From Lophium mytilinum (lineage: Eukaryota), in the NCBI GenBank assembly GCA_010093605.1, contig MU004202.1:383560-447559 (forward strand): a DNA stretch of 64,000 nt, given 5' to 3'. The position numbers and the translations under genes were made by a program. The notes beneath the pieces were generated by a model. That model was not told the origin of the DNA. It searched no databases and was given only the letters and a program-made list of their open reading frames with translations. Within the stretch, counting starts at the first letter, position 1. Each line of letters starts with the position of its first letter. Positions 23,133 through 36,400 of this stretch are shown here, one piece after another.

Positions 23133-26100
23133 CTACCGCCCCTCCCCCCTCCCCGGCAACCCCCTCGTCCAATCCATCGGCCCGCCCCCCGGCCCCACCC
23201 CGCCCTGCCCCCGCGCCACGCGATACAACTCCTCCCGTCTCAGAGTCTCCTCACGGATCCGCTGCTCCTCCCTTCGCGCCATCTCCTCCCTTTCGCGCTC
23301 GCGCTCCCGATACCTCGCCTGCTCGTCCGCATGCCGAAGAATAACATGGTTGTGATCGACCACCAGCCCGCCCTGCGACAGCGAATGCTGGTGATGCCCA
23401 TGCTGCGGCTGTTGCTGCTGCTGTTGATGATGTAGCGGATGATGCGCCATGCCAAGCGGCGTGCTGGTCCTCGGTGGTTGTAGAGGCGGGGCCGCGTACC
23501 CACCGCCGCGCATCTCCGGGGGCCCGGGGGTGTGCTGAGCGTGGCCAAAGCGCGGGTCTACCGCCGGAGGTGGTGGTGGTAACCGGCCGCCGCGCATCCG
23601 CTGTTGCCTGAGCAAGTCCTCGTGCTCCTGTTGCTCCTGTAACACCTTCTCTTCCATCATGCGATACTTCAGACGCTTATGGTTCAAGGCTTCCAGCTTC
23701 ATGTCTTCCACGATGTCGCGTGGGTGACCGCCATGCGGGGGGTGCGCGTCCGAGGGCGTTTGCGGGTTTGAGTAGCTGTAGGCGGCGTTGTGGTGCTGGG
23801 CTCGTTGCGCTTCCTCCTGCCGGGCTTGGAGCTCGCGCTGTTGCTGTTGCTGTTGTTGGAGTTGGGAAGTTAGCAAGTGCGGGCTAGGGCGCATGCCGCC
23901 GGGTCCTTGGGGTTGAGGGGTGGAGCCTGGCGGGTCGATTTGGCCGTACGGGTTTGGTGCAAGGATCTGGGCGGCGGCGGCCCCAGCGCCCGCTTGCGCC
24001 GCTTGGAGGGGCGTCTGGTGTCGGGATTGCGGAGGGGGAATGTGGGTGAAGCTCGAGTTCCGGGAATGAGGCGAGTGTGTGAATACAGGAGGGGGCGACG
24101 GGACGTGGCGGCCGGTGTTGTGCTGGCTAAAGGCTTGCGCACGATGATTCGGGAAGAGGCTGGAGTCGGTTATGATGCTAGGCTGGGGGTGAGACGGGTG
24201 TGGCGAGCTGGTTTGTGGTGTAGTTTGTCCTTGTGTATGCGGAGGCTGGAAATCTTGGCGAGGAGGCCAGCTTTGTCGCGGACGCGTGCTGGGTGCGGGA
24301 TCGCGGCCAGTAAGATCCACAATTCGAGGCCTACTAGAAGGTTGAGGCTGTGGTTGCTGCTGGCCATATTGGATCCGAGAAAAAGGTGGCTGGCTTGCAG
24401 CATGGTCGCCATAAGGCTCTCTACGTGGAGGCTGAGAGACCGACGGAGGAGGCGCAATAGGGTGATTCTGCAGCGGCGTTGGCGTATGTGAGGATCCACC
24501 TTGGTCGCTCAGCTTCTTGCGTGGGCGAGGTTCCTCGGGTTCTGAAGGCTCGGGATTCAGGATAGACATTAAGTTTGATTTCCGGACCTCCTGCGCTGGT
24601 CGAGGAACAGGCGGTGCAGGCTGGCTTGGAGGTAATTGCGGCGGCATGGAGTAGGGGCGAGGTTCCTCCTTGGGCGGGGGAGTTGGGACCGATTGCCGGG
24701 ATGGCATGTGATGAGCCATGGAGCTGGCAGCAGGGTTAGGGGAGTCAATCAAGTGCTGCATAATAGACGGCTGCTGCTGCTGCTGTTGCTGTTGGGGTGG
24801 ATACATGGGATTTGGCTGCAGAGACAACGCGCGACTCTCCGGGGAACCATGTCCGGCATGATCTGATCGTAATTGGGACATGATCTGCGCCGTTGACGTA
24901 GCATGCGCCTGGTATTGGCGCTGTTGTGCGATTTCCTGTGAGATCCTTCGGGAATGCTGTTGTGCCTGGTAGCGAGATTGATGGTCGCGTTCCTGTTGGC
25001 TCTCAAACCTGGATTGCATCTCCCGATCCTGGGGATGGATCGATTGCCGATATGTCGAATCTTGACTGGGCTGTTGCCTATGCAGATGGTCTTGAACATG
25101 CGGGATGGAGCGCGTGGGTTGCGGTATGGACGATGATTGCGATTGTGGACGAGCCTCAGCACGGGTGTCAGAGAAGTAACCTGCACGTGGGCCTGACAGG
25201 CTTGGCCTTTGGGGCTGATGCTGGGCATGGTGGTGGTGATGATGCTGTTGATGCGCTGGCGCAGGCTGCGGCGGTGGTTGGGGCTGGTGGACAATATGCG
25301 GAGCTGCTTCACTAGGTGGTGACTGGGCTGACTGCTTGGTTTGCACGGGGGCAGCTTGGGCGATGGCCGAGTATCTCGTCGAAGCAGGGAACATGGGGGG
25401 CGAAGCTTGCGTTGGGATGGCAGGTTGCAACACTGGCGAGTTAAGCAGATCCACAACATCCGGTGTAGGCGCAATAGTCCGAGGCACCGTAGTCTGGGGC
25501 TGGTCATACCGCCTTTTCACAGCTGGAGTTGGAGTAGGTGGTGGACCAAGGTCTGCGCCGTCATGTTTCCGTTGGTCCGCTTCCTGGGCCGCTTGCAATA
25601 ATTCAGGCGCATTACCTTGCTCAACTAATCTTTGATATTGATTTTTCACCTTGATGTAGTTAGGACGAAAGTTGGAGGTGCGGGAATACAGCTTAGAGAA
25701 AACTCTCTCACCATTGTATGCGTTTTTGTGCCCATGTGGTTGGCGATAGCGACGAAATCAGTACCAAAGTGCGCAACATTTCTTTTGAAGTCTGTTTGCT
25801 CCATCACAGACCAATAGCTGGAGGGCCCACCTCTCGAGTGGGCGGTTTGAATCCTTGGTCTATCGTTCAGAATGCCGCTCGGTCCGTTTCGAGCAAGCAT
25901 TTCCTCCTGGTAGGCTATATGATCGTCCATCCCTGGACCAGGCTGAATGTTGGACAGCATCCGTGACTCCTCAATCGACCGCTCTCTACCATATGCATCC
26001 TCGGTCTTAACCCCCAGGAGCTTTTCTTTCCGATCAATCTTGATCGGGGAACCGGCAGACACAGCGATCAGAGGTGGTTGGTTCTTAGCTTTTCTCCCAC

Positions 26101-29100
26101 CCTTCTCCTTCGCCACCTTCTGTCGCTTCCCTGCCTTTTCGCCCGTTCCTTCGCCGTTGTCTTGCCGTCCTGCGCCTCGAGCTCTCGCGGGGGTTGGCGC
26201 TGGGGTTACTCCGTCTACTTCACTCTCCGCGCCAAACGTCGGAGCTGCTGCTCTCCGAGGACGACCGCTGTCCGTCGTCATATTCAAGTGGGACTGGGAA
26301 GATTTGTCAACTATGTCGTCGGTAAAAAGATCTGGCCGGTCGGTATTCGCAGCGCTCGCGCGTCCGCGACCTGCGGCTCCACCACCTCGCTTTCTGCCCT
26401 TTCGATATTTTCGCCTACCCTTGTACTCTTTCGACCACTTCGTTGAGTAGTAATGATTGATACACTCTTTATAATCCCGTGGCTTCCCTGTCTTCTCGGT
26501 GAGAATCTCTGCCAACTTGCCCCATTTCTTCAGGTACATATCGTGGTAGTTCTCCACTAGAATCCGGTGCTCTTCATCGGTGAAATCGTCTGGTTGAGGG
26601 TCGTAATGGAAGACGTTTATGCCTTGGCCTGGCTGTCGTTGCCAGTTTGTATCGGTAAACATCCGTCGCTGCGCTTCGTACGGACTCCACTGATCCCATA
26701 TGGCCGCCTCTCGCTCGGGGTCAGGTGCAGACTTCTTGGCGTCGCGCTCCTTTCGAGCCTGCGCTTCCTCGGCGTCTTTCATAGACTCCTTTAGTGCTAA
26801 CTGAAGATCGTACTCGCTGTTGAACCGGTGACCCCGGCGAATGGGCTGTTCTAACATATTCACTACAGTGTTAGCAGCAGTGGCATCAGGCGTTGTAGCC
26901 TTCAGAGCAGGCTCAATAGACTGGTCTCTGGCCTCACTCTCACGCTCCTTTGCATCGTCTAGCTCTTGTATTCGGTGTCTCCATTCCTTGTACGCACGGG
27001 CATATTCGTCTTCTGCTGTCTCTTGGTTCTGCATCTCGGTTTCTTCGAAATCCTGTAGCACATCATGAACAGCTTGCGCAACATCCTCCGTTGGTGCAAA
27101 CTGATCTAGATCAAGCTCGGAGACTGGAGTTGGAGGTCCTTCGCCGTCAGGCAGGTAGGGGAGAGTATTGATATCTGGCGTGTAACCTGGATCAAGCGAA
27201 TACGAACGCTGCGGGCGTAGTATCCTAGCCTCTGGAACGGGGACCTCTCTTGAGTCTTCGATTACTTCTGAGTTGTCGGCATCGGCCACTTGGTCTGCCT
27301 TTGGAGTGATTGGCTCTTGCTGAGTTGGACCAGAAAGTTCCGCAGGTGGTTCAGGCGAGGCCATTCTCACTTCAGTAGTTTGGGGACCACTGATAGAAAG
27401 CTGTTCGATCGGGATGCTTGCAACAACGGACAAGAGAGAAATCTCCTCCAAAAGCGAGACTGCCCGATACTCTGAGGCGCTGAGGTCGATCAGCTTCGCT
27501 TCTAGCGCTGCTTTATCCTTGTTGAATTTCGCCTGAACCTCTGCAAAATCGGCTTCATCAAGATCAATCTCGTTCTCCGACTCTTCTGCCATAGGATCAG
27601 GCACGGAGGACGTAGCGGATACCGGTGGTCTATCCGTATACGGAGAGGCGTCGGTCATAGAAACATCAGACAGCCGTCTCGTTTCTATTTGTTGAACTTT
27701 GGGCGAAGCTTGTTGTGGCCGTGGCCCAGGGGCGCTATCGATTTGTCTCTGGGTGTCGGCTTTGAATTGGTCCGCTGGTGGTAGTTCCGGTTTTGACGAT
27801 TCCCATGGCCGCGAATCAGCGGCTGACGTCGATCCCTCCATTCGAGGAGCCTTTGGAACGTTCCCAGACATTCGATCTCTTTCATCACCGGCAAATTCGC
27901 GCTTAGTGGGAATAGTTGCGGGGCGATTGTTGAAAGGCATAGCCCCTGGCCGTATCCATGTATTCCGCTGTGGAGCAAAGGCTGGACGGTCAGGCGTTCC
28001 ATAGATTGGGGGCCTGGCTCCTATCACTTGACTTCTCTCCGCTCGGGGGCCAGTTGGTATATTTGCGCCCACGCTCTTCGGGGAGGTGTTCATCAATGCT
28101 GGCCCACGAGGTCCGATAGGAAGAGCATTGGGAGAAGCATCCCTTGGTGGCAAGGGAGTCTGGGGTGTTCGTGCATAAGGTTGTGATGGGGATACATTCG
28201 GTCTTAATCCTCCTTGTGGCCCTGTTGGAGGTGCTCGCATTTGCGGTGTAACGCCTACAGCAGGGGAAGCAGCTTGTGTCAGCAAAGAAGACTTCAGCTC
28301 GACGCTTTCTGCCGGAACGGTGGGAGGATTTATGGTACCAGCAGGAATCCTGGACGGAGGGTCAAGTCGCGATTGATCGACATTGGGTGGCCGAGTATCC
28401 TTGTTTTCGATTATAGGCCTGTCGGGTGCCCGCTGTGCTTTGGGGCCAGTAGGAGGAAAAGCTGTTAAACCCGAAGGGACAGGAGGAGGAGCCTTTGATA
28501 TCGTTGAGGAGGGCGACGGTATAGGTGGTGTAGGAGTAGATACTGCTGCTGATGCAGATGGCACAGGCTTAGAGCCAAGTGCTGATTGTGCAGGTTTGTC
28601 CAGGTTCGGATTTCGCCAGACGTTTGATGCTTGGGCAGGGTATGTCGGCGGTCGCGCTGAAACAGAACCAAAAGCCGGGACCTGAGGTGCTGGCGATGCT
28701 GCTCGCGGACCATAGCGATCTCGAGAAGCTTCAGCACGGCCAGCGAGGAAATCGGGTTTGTCAGATTCTCTTCGCGACTCTTTGGGCCCAAGCGTGTCTG
28801 TAGCAATTGATGATCTCCTGGAGTACAAGTCGTCCCGAGGAGGATCAGATCGATCACCGACAGACCGATGGGTAGATATTCCAGAGTAAGGCGCAGGGAA
28901 TGGCGGCCCTGCTGACGTGCTTCCAGAAGGGGCATGTCTAGATTCCGTAGCTGGCGGTACGTGGCGCGGCTCTACATTCCTCGAATCCGCTGTGCTCGCT
29001 GGCCCTTTGTAACTATCCCAGACTCGTGGCCGTGGCTCCTCGTTACGGTCGTATCTCCGATCATCCCGTCTGTCCATGTCCCGGTCATCTCGAAGAGGCT

Positions 29101-29767
29101 CTCGTTCCCTGCGGAGCGGGGGTCCGCGTGATCTACTCCGGGGACGGAACTGTTCGCGCTGATCCCTGTCGTCGAAAGGGGGTCGGCCTCGCCCACGGAA
29201 ATCCCAGTCAGGGCCACCTCTCCCACGCCCTCGAAAGCCACCTCGGTAAGGCTGTGAACTAAGAGGCGGGTCAGAGAAGTTGGACCCTGCTGAGAGGGGA
29301 CCGTCGCGAGAGTTTCGTCGAGCACGGCCAATGTCGACCTGTGTGGGGCCATGGTAGTCCCGCGAGTCTCTGATTGGCGAACGCGGTCGTGGAGAGGGTC
29401 GTCGGTCTCTGAAATCGCGATCACGATCCGTGGCGCGCCAGCGGCCGAGAGGCTCTGACAGCGGAGGCGCGTCTCGTAGTTCGCGAGTGAAGCCTCGTCC
29501 ACCAGGTCCACGGGGTCCGGAAGGCACGCCAGGGCCAGAGCCTACACCGGGGCCCCGTGGCGGGTCAAGAGACTTGGGACCACGGGGGACATCGCGTGAA
29601 GAGGGAGGAAAGCCGTTGCCAGAGTCGACTGGTCTGCCACCAGATTCGGTGTTGCGTGGGGTGTAGCTGTTGCCATATGGAGGGGCTGCGGACGGCCGCC
29701 GGTCGCCGTAGCGGGGAGGGGTCCTGTCTCGGGGCGGGTACCGGTTGTCAGGGTATCGTGAAGTCAT
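23133..29767 (-). CDS. SNT1: Large SANT/Myb-domain corepressor, Snt1/N-CoR-like (Set3C HDAC complex subunit), ~2190 aa
   Basis: Exons 25712-29767 and 23133-25649. Two SANT repeats (DDFTDEEHRIL...KKWGKLAE...ECINHYYSTKW and SSYWSVMEQTDFKRNVAHFGTDFVAIANHMGTKTHTMVKNQYQR) within long Arg/Pro/Gln-rich low-complexity regions. Confidence 0.85.
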
Positions 29768-31346
29768 AACGACAGTCGGGGGTCGGCGGGGTTATGAATG
29801 ACACGGTCGAGACCCACATGGGCAACGGCAGCCGCAGAGCGGAGTGCAGTGGGTAGCGGGAGGGTTGGCCTGGGTTTCTTTGATGTTTTGTTTCCAATGG
29901 CAGTCTCCGACTATTGGCTGCTTTGGGACGCAATGCAGATGTGGAGCAATGTGTGAGGCAATTGTCGCGTCACAGAAGGTTCCGAGTCCCAAGCGGTGCC
30001 CACGCGAATCTAGCGGCGGACGTGGTGCAGTCAGTGAAGAGGTCGGGTTCGTGGGTTGATGGCGATCCAAGGTCGGGAGTTGAAGATCGCGTGGCTCGTG
30101 CTTGCCCGCCAAGGGAGATGGCACTAGGGCCCGGGACGGTCTAGCCGGTAGCGTGTTTTTGTGGAGCCTCACCAGGGCCGAGTCTGCGATTGACGATGCG
30201 GACGAGCTGACAGTCAACGCACCGCAAACAACCACCCACGCGCGGCCAAATCCACGGAACGAGCTGTGGCAAGGACCTTGCGATGGAGTGCTGCTGGGCG
30301 CGGTACTGGCGTCGAGCGGTCCCGGAGGCGCAGACAGGCTGCCGCGTCGGTTCGATTCGAGGTGAGTTCGATCCCGGTTGACGTGGCGCGGGACGGGGTG
30401 GGCCACGTGATAGAGCGGTCGCAGACAGGCGGAGCAGGCAAAGGAGTGAATGAGGACGGATTGATGGAGTCGGCTGCAGTGCTGCGGGCGGCCGTTGGTG
30501 TCGTCGTCGTGGCAGAGGAAGGGAGAGGAGACGAGAACGAGGAGCGTCATGCCCTGGCGGTAGCGGTGGCCTGCGCAAGGCCCAGCCGACGCCGTTGCTG
30601 GAAATCCCGGGCTTGGGGCGGCGTGAAGGGCGAATGCGTTGGGTTAGCCTGGCCTTGACCCGCATGCTGTTCCCCTTCAGTGCATGACAGACGCTTGCTG
30701 ATTCGCTGCGATTTCGAGATGGGCTGCCCCAGCGCAGGGGACGGCGTCCAAGGCTCCATGCACGAAGCACCGCCCACACACACACGGCCCACCTCCCGCT
30801 GAAACGTTGCGCCTGTGTCAGGTTTGCCCATAGGGACGCCATCGTGCACCTCTGTGCCTCTGTGCCGCCTCGGGACGGAGCGAGTCGGGCGCCAGGCCTG
30901 GAGTCGGGCCAAGAGCTGTGAATTGCCGTGATGATGGAGTGATGGAGTGATGTAGCGCGGGCGAGGTTGTGGTCTAGCACATCAGTCACGCATCGCAGTC
31001 ATGGTCCCCAGGCACACTCCGCCAGCGTTCCAAGGTTCGATCGGCCCCCTCCACGCGGATCCGTGATGTGGCGCTTTGATCGCTTAGCGGCCCGACTATC
31101 TCCAGCCTGGAATGCGACTCGAGGCAGAAGTTTCCGTGCAGCTTCGAGACAGCCAGCCCGCGCAATCTTCATGACTCTGCCACTGCCAAACTGCAGCCCC
31201 ATTCGCGTTTGATGACCTAGCCGCCGCGGGGGTACCCTGAGAACGTCCAAGACTCGGCGCACGACTGTCAACTTTCTAGCCTCGCGCGGAGGGGTGTTTG
31301 ACGCCTTCTCTTCTCCTCCAAACACTCACCCCATCAAGGCTGCAGC

Positions 31347-32628
31347 ATGTCAGACTCTCACAACGGTCCGGTAGCTCCCTCTGGCGCCACGGATGCTGTG
31401 TTGAAGCCCTCAGACCCCGTGCCTGATGGTGCGCGCCAGGTCGAGGGCATTGACTTCAACAAGTACCGCGATCGGCCTATCACCGTTGAGGAGCTGGTGG
31501 CGGGCATGTCCAGCATGGGATTCCAGGCAACGTCCGTGGGCGAGGCCGTGCGGATCATCAACGACATGGTGAGCCATTTCTCCCAGCTGAATCGGGTGTG
31601 GCTGAGCGATCCAACGTGTCGTGTCGGCGTGCGCGTCTGACGTGTTCGACGCACTGCAAAATAGAGTGATCGGAGCCTCAAATTAGAGCAGTCGAAAATT
31701 CCGAACGATTCGCAATGGCGCCGAGCGTGAATCGACGTAGACGTTTTGATATTTGGGTGCTGACGATATATAGCGAGCTTGGCGCGACCCTGAGACGTCC
31801 GACAAGACTACCATCTTCCTGGGCTATACCTCTAATCTCATATCATCCGGCCTCAGGGAAACTCTCCGCTACCTCGTGCAGCACAAGCACGTCTCCGCCA
31901 TCGTCACCACAGCCGGCGGGGTTGAGGAAGACTTCATAAAATGCCTTGCACCCACCTATCTCGGCTCATTCTCTACCCCGGGCGCAGCCCTGCGTCTGAA
32001 AGGTATGAACCGCATCGGCAACCTCGTCGTGCCAAACAGCAACTACTGCGCCTTTGAAGACTGGGTCGTTCCGATCCTCGACAAGATGCTGGAAGAGCAG
32101 GAAGGGAGCAAGAAGACCGACGAGCCCATCCACTGGACGCCCAGCAAAGTGATCCACCGCTTAGGAAAAGAAATTAACGACGAGCGTTCCGTGTACTACT
32201 GGGCGTGGAAGAACGACATCCCAGTGTTCTGTCCCGCACTCACTGACGGCAGCTTGGGCGATATGCTGTACTTCCACACCTTCAAGTCGTCGCCGGAGCA
32301 ATTGCGGATAGACATAGTCGAGGACATCCGCAAGATCAACACGATCGCGGTTCGTGCGAAGCGGGCGGGCATGGTGATTCTGGGCGGTGGAATTGTGAAG
32401 CATCACATTGCGAATGCGTGTCTGATGCGGAACGGGGCGGAGAGTGCGGTGTACATCAACACAGCGCAGGAGTTTGATGGAAGCGATGCGGGTGCGAGGC
32501 CGGATGAGGCTGTTAGCTGGGGGAAAATCAAGGCGGACGGAGACAGTGTGAAGGTGTATGCGGAGGCCACCGTGGTGTTTCCGATGATCGTGGCGGCAAC
32601 CTTTGCTAGGCCGAATAGTGCTACATGA
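31347..32628 (+). CDS. DYS1: Deoxyhypusine synthase
   Basis: Intron 31569-31773. Motifs [57 protein letters not shown] and [20 protein letters not shown] (catalytic Lys). Confidence 0.97.
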
Positions 32629-33473
32629 TGGACTCGAGACTATAGATGCATGACTGACGAGACTCATGGATATAAAAATAGAGGGCTTAGATAAAAGGGC
32701 ATTGAAGCTGAGAAAGACTTGTGATTACCATCCTTTTACCTATTTTGCACTCGTATATCACAAATCACCCTGGTTGCCTGGCGGCGGCAACATCAGATTG
32801 AGTCTTTGTAGAGGCTGAAGGGCGTCGATCCTAGAACTGGGATAGACTTCGGAGGACAGGCTTCAGGACCCCCAAAAGCTGCCTGGATTGCCCCTCGATC
32901 CATCAAAAGGGCGGCGCAGTCGTCCTCGCAGCTGTCAGCCACTGAACAGCAGTATTGGACCCACTCTTAGCTCCAGTCCCCAACCGGTGCGGGCCTAGCC
33001 CGGCGCGGCTGGTGTGGGGATGCCCGTTAGCGACACGGGTGCCTTGGGCAAGTCGCAGAATGAGGCTGGAAGACGAAGAGACGTGAGAGGCCGGCGTTAG
33101 GCCACCGCACAGCACAACCCTTCATAACCGCGCCACGCTGCCCTTGCCTGCAGTTCAAAGTGTGCCCAGGTGCAGAAACTCGACTCTTCCCGCTGCTCTC
33201 CTCCTCGTCTGTTGCACCCGACAGCTGCTGCTTCTGCTCCTCCACGAAGCTCCATTATCCAAGATCAGCTAGCCGCATTCAAGCTCACCTAGACACGATA
33301 AGCCGTGCCATCCCGCCAACAGCTGCATCCTTACGTTCAACCACCTCACCGACATATCCATCCCAACATATACCCGTCCGCGCCTCTGCGCTGCCCCCTT
33401 CGTTTGTCTCTACCATTCCATCTACTGACTCATACTTGGAATCTACCGTGTCTGCTCTTGTATTCACCTCACC

Positions 33474-36400
33474 ATGAGCGTCACCACCAGCTCCCCGAAC
33501 GTCGAACCGCCTCCCCTTCTGTTCGGCCAGCGCTCTCCTTCGCCGCCTTCCTTCTCCTCACCACCCCAATCACCAAATCACATACACCACTCGCAAACCC
33601 CTCTTGCATCTCCACCCCCACACACAGCCGACGACATCGACATGAATGCGTCGACCACACTACCGCCCACCGACGGCCAAAACCACGACCGGGACATCCC
33701 AATGGAAGTGGATGGGGACGCTCTGCCGAATGGCACTGCGGGAGAGGGGACACAACCAGGAGCTCCCATACCGACAAACGGGGTGGCAGAGGCGGTCACT
33801 GCTGATGACGACGCTATGGACACAACGCCGGACGGCACACAAGAGGAACAGCTTCCCAATGGCTCAGCCGACGCCTCGGGGGCTGTTGAATCTCTGGCCG
33901 CTGCTCCCATACAAAATGGTGTCGATCAAGACGCGCCCACATCTCCAGACCGACACTCAACCCCGCCCACCGTGAACGAAAACCTAGTACGACTGAACTC
34001 GAATGGCAGCTCCGTAGCATCCGCAGTCGACCCTCCCCCACCACCAGAAGGGACTGTGGCCCCAGTCGAGCCTCCTCCTCCGATTGCGGACCCAAACGCG
34101 GAACAGCCCCCACCTCCTCCGGCTGAGCCTCCGGCCGATGTCACTGACTCGTCTGACGAGGACGACGGTGCTCAGCCCTGGCATCCGATCATCGAAGACA
34201 CTTCGGCACCAGATGAAGGCGAGCTGAAGGAGATCGAGGAAGGTACCGAGGTTAGCGCTCTAGACCGTAAGTTCAACTTTCCGCTTTTGCATGATTATGC
34301 TCACGTAATGTGTAGATGAGCATTGGGAAGAGAAGACCTTTCTCCCCCTCGAGGAGACCGAGTACGTTGCTGGTCAGACTGGCCGCATCAATTGGGTTGT
34401 AGACAACTACAATGGTACTAAGGAAACACCAAACCGGGACCTTGTCATGAAGTCACAACTAGTGACAGTTGGGGGATACGATTGGCAAATAAAGTTCTAC
34501 CCCAAGGGCAATGACTCGGATTATTTGAGTGTATATGTCGAGTGCGTCAGCGTAGTAAAAGAGGAGAAAGAGAAGGCCTCGCCTAACGAGAACACGGAAA
34601 AGCCAGAGGAAGCGGGTTCAGACGAGGCGAAAGCCCCATCTAATGATGAGATGGCCACAGACGATGTTCCAGAGCCCGCCCCGCTAGAGCCTCAGCATGC
34701 GCCTCTCCCTCTGCTTGTAGAAAAGCCCCTTTCGAAACGCCCGAGTGTCGCTGCACAAGTTTCAGTCGTCTTATACAACCCAACCGAACCGCGAGTAAAC
34801 TACATCCGAACTTGCCTACACCGATTTTGCACTGGCTCGCCGGATTGGGGATGGACTCGGTACCATGGACCATACTATGAAATTCAACACAGGCAGCGTG
34901 GCCAGCGCCAAGCCCTACTTCGCGATGATAAGCTCGCCTTCACTGGCTACATCCGAGTAGTTGACGACGAAACCGCATGTCTCTGGGAGCATCACAGCCG
35001 AGACAACCCATGGGACAGCTTTGCCATGACCGGGCTTCAAGGAATGAGTCTAGGTGAAACTCAAATCACCCCCGGAGGCAACCTCATTTCTGCGATTGCT
35101 TCTTGGATGCTTTTCAAGCCTTTCCGTCAATTTTTGTATAATTTCAAATTACCCGACTCTCTCAAAGAGCCCTTCGTGCGGCCAAAGCTTCTGATTGCGG
35201 CGTTTCAAAAAGTGCTCTATCTGCTGCGGACACAGGTTAAGCCGGGCGCAGGCCCCGTTGGGCTAGAGGACATCATCGATGCACTTGAGTGGTACGGCAT
35301 TCAAGACGGCTTCGACAAGATGGATGTCATCGAAGTCTGGGAGACGTTGAGGACTAAGATGGAGGACGAGCTACAAGACACCTCGTACGCATCCATCTTC
35401 GACGAACTATTTGGAAAGAAGAAAAATTACGTTACTGGGATCCCAAGCTACAGGGCCCCTGTGCAGGGCGCCTCTACCATGCAAGAAGCGATCGCAAAGT
35501 CTACCGATCTATTGCATCCTAGTCAGTCTCTACCGCAGCTGCTGACAGTGGAGCTTGATCGGCAAGCTTTCGACTCAAATTCGCGGACGTGGCTCAAGTT
35601 GGTGAACAAGGTTACCCTGGACGACAACATCACCGTTCGCGGTGTGGGCTACACACTATATGGGATGGTAGTACACAAAGAAAATCTCCAGTCCTATTTG
35701 TACCACCCCATCATCCGACCAGAAGGGCCGAACAGCAAATGGTATAGCTATACAGACAGTAAAGATGAGAACCGGGTACTTTGCCTGACAAAGCGGCAAG
35801 CTGTAGACGCACACGAGGGCAAAGCTGGCTCGGAGATGAATGGAGGGAAAGACCCAGTAGCATACATCGCCATGTATGTACGGAACGATGTAGCAGACCT
35901 CGCCTTCAACAGCAGCGGCGCAGACGAGGCTTGGGACGTACCAGAATGGCTTTTGGACGAAGTCAAGAAGGCTGAGGCGACCACCGCACGTGCACCACCA
36001 GCGCCATTCGGTGCCTTACCAGAACCGCCGGCAGCACCCAAGACTGACGCAGAGAAAGAAGCCGAGGAGACGGAAAAAGAGGCACAAGCCACAACTCACG
36101 AATTCTACGTCATTGATTCCAAGGCATTCATGGAGCACGAAGGGCCGGGAACGATTGACGCCTATGATCCTAAGTGGAATCCGGAAAACTCGAACCTTGT
36201 CTACAAAGTACAGCTCAAATCTAACGACGGGTGTAAGGAGGTGCGGGATAAGCTTGCGGCGGTAGTCCAAGATATCAAGGATCCCCGACAAATCAAATTT
36301 TGGTTCTCGGACGCTCTACGAGGATCAGCTTACCGGCCACATCTGTTGGGGACTGGAAAGATTGAGTACTCCAGCGGTACCAACGATCACTTTAACGACA

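Noticed and set aside
23240..29769. Numerous antisense and alternative-frame ORFs within SNT1, and likewise in the FMO, MATH-RING and dipeptidase genes
   Set aside because: Shadow ORFs expected from GC-rich, codon-biased, low-complexity coding sequence.
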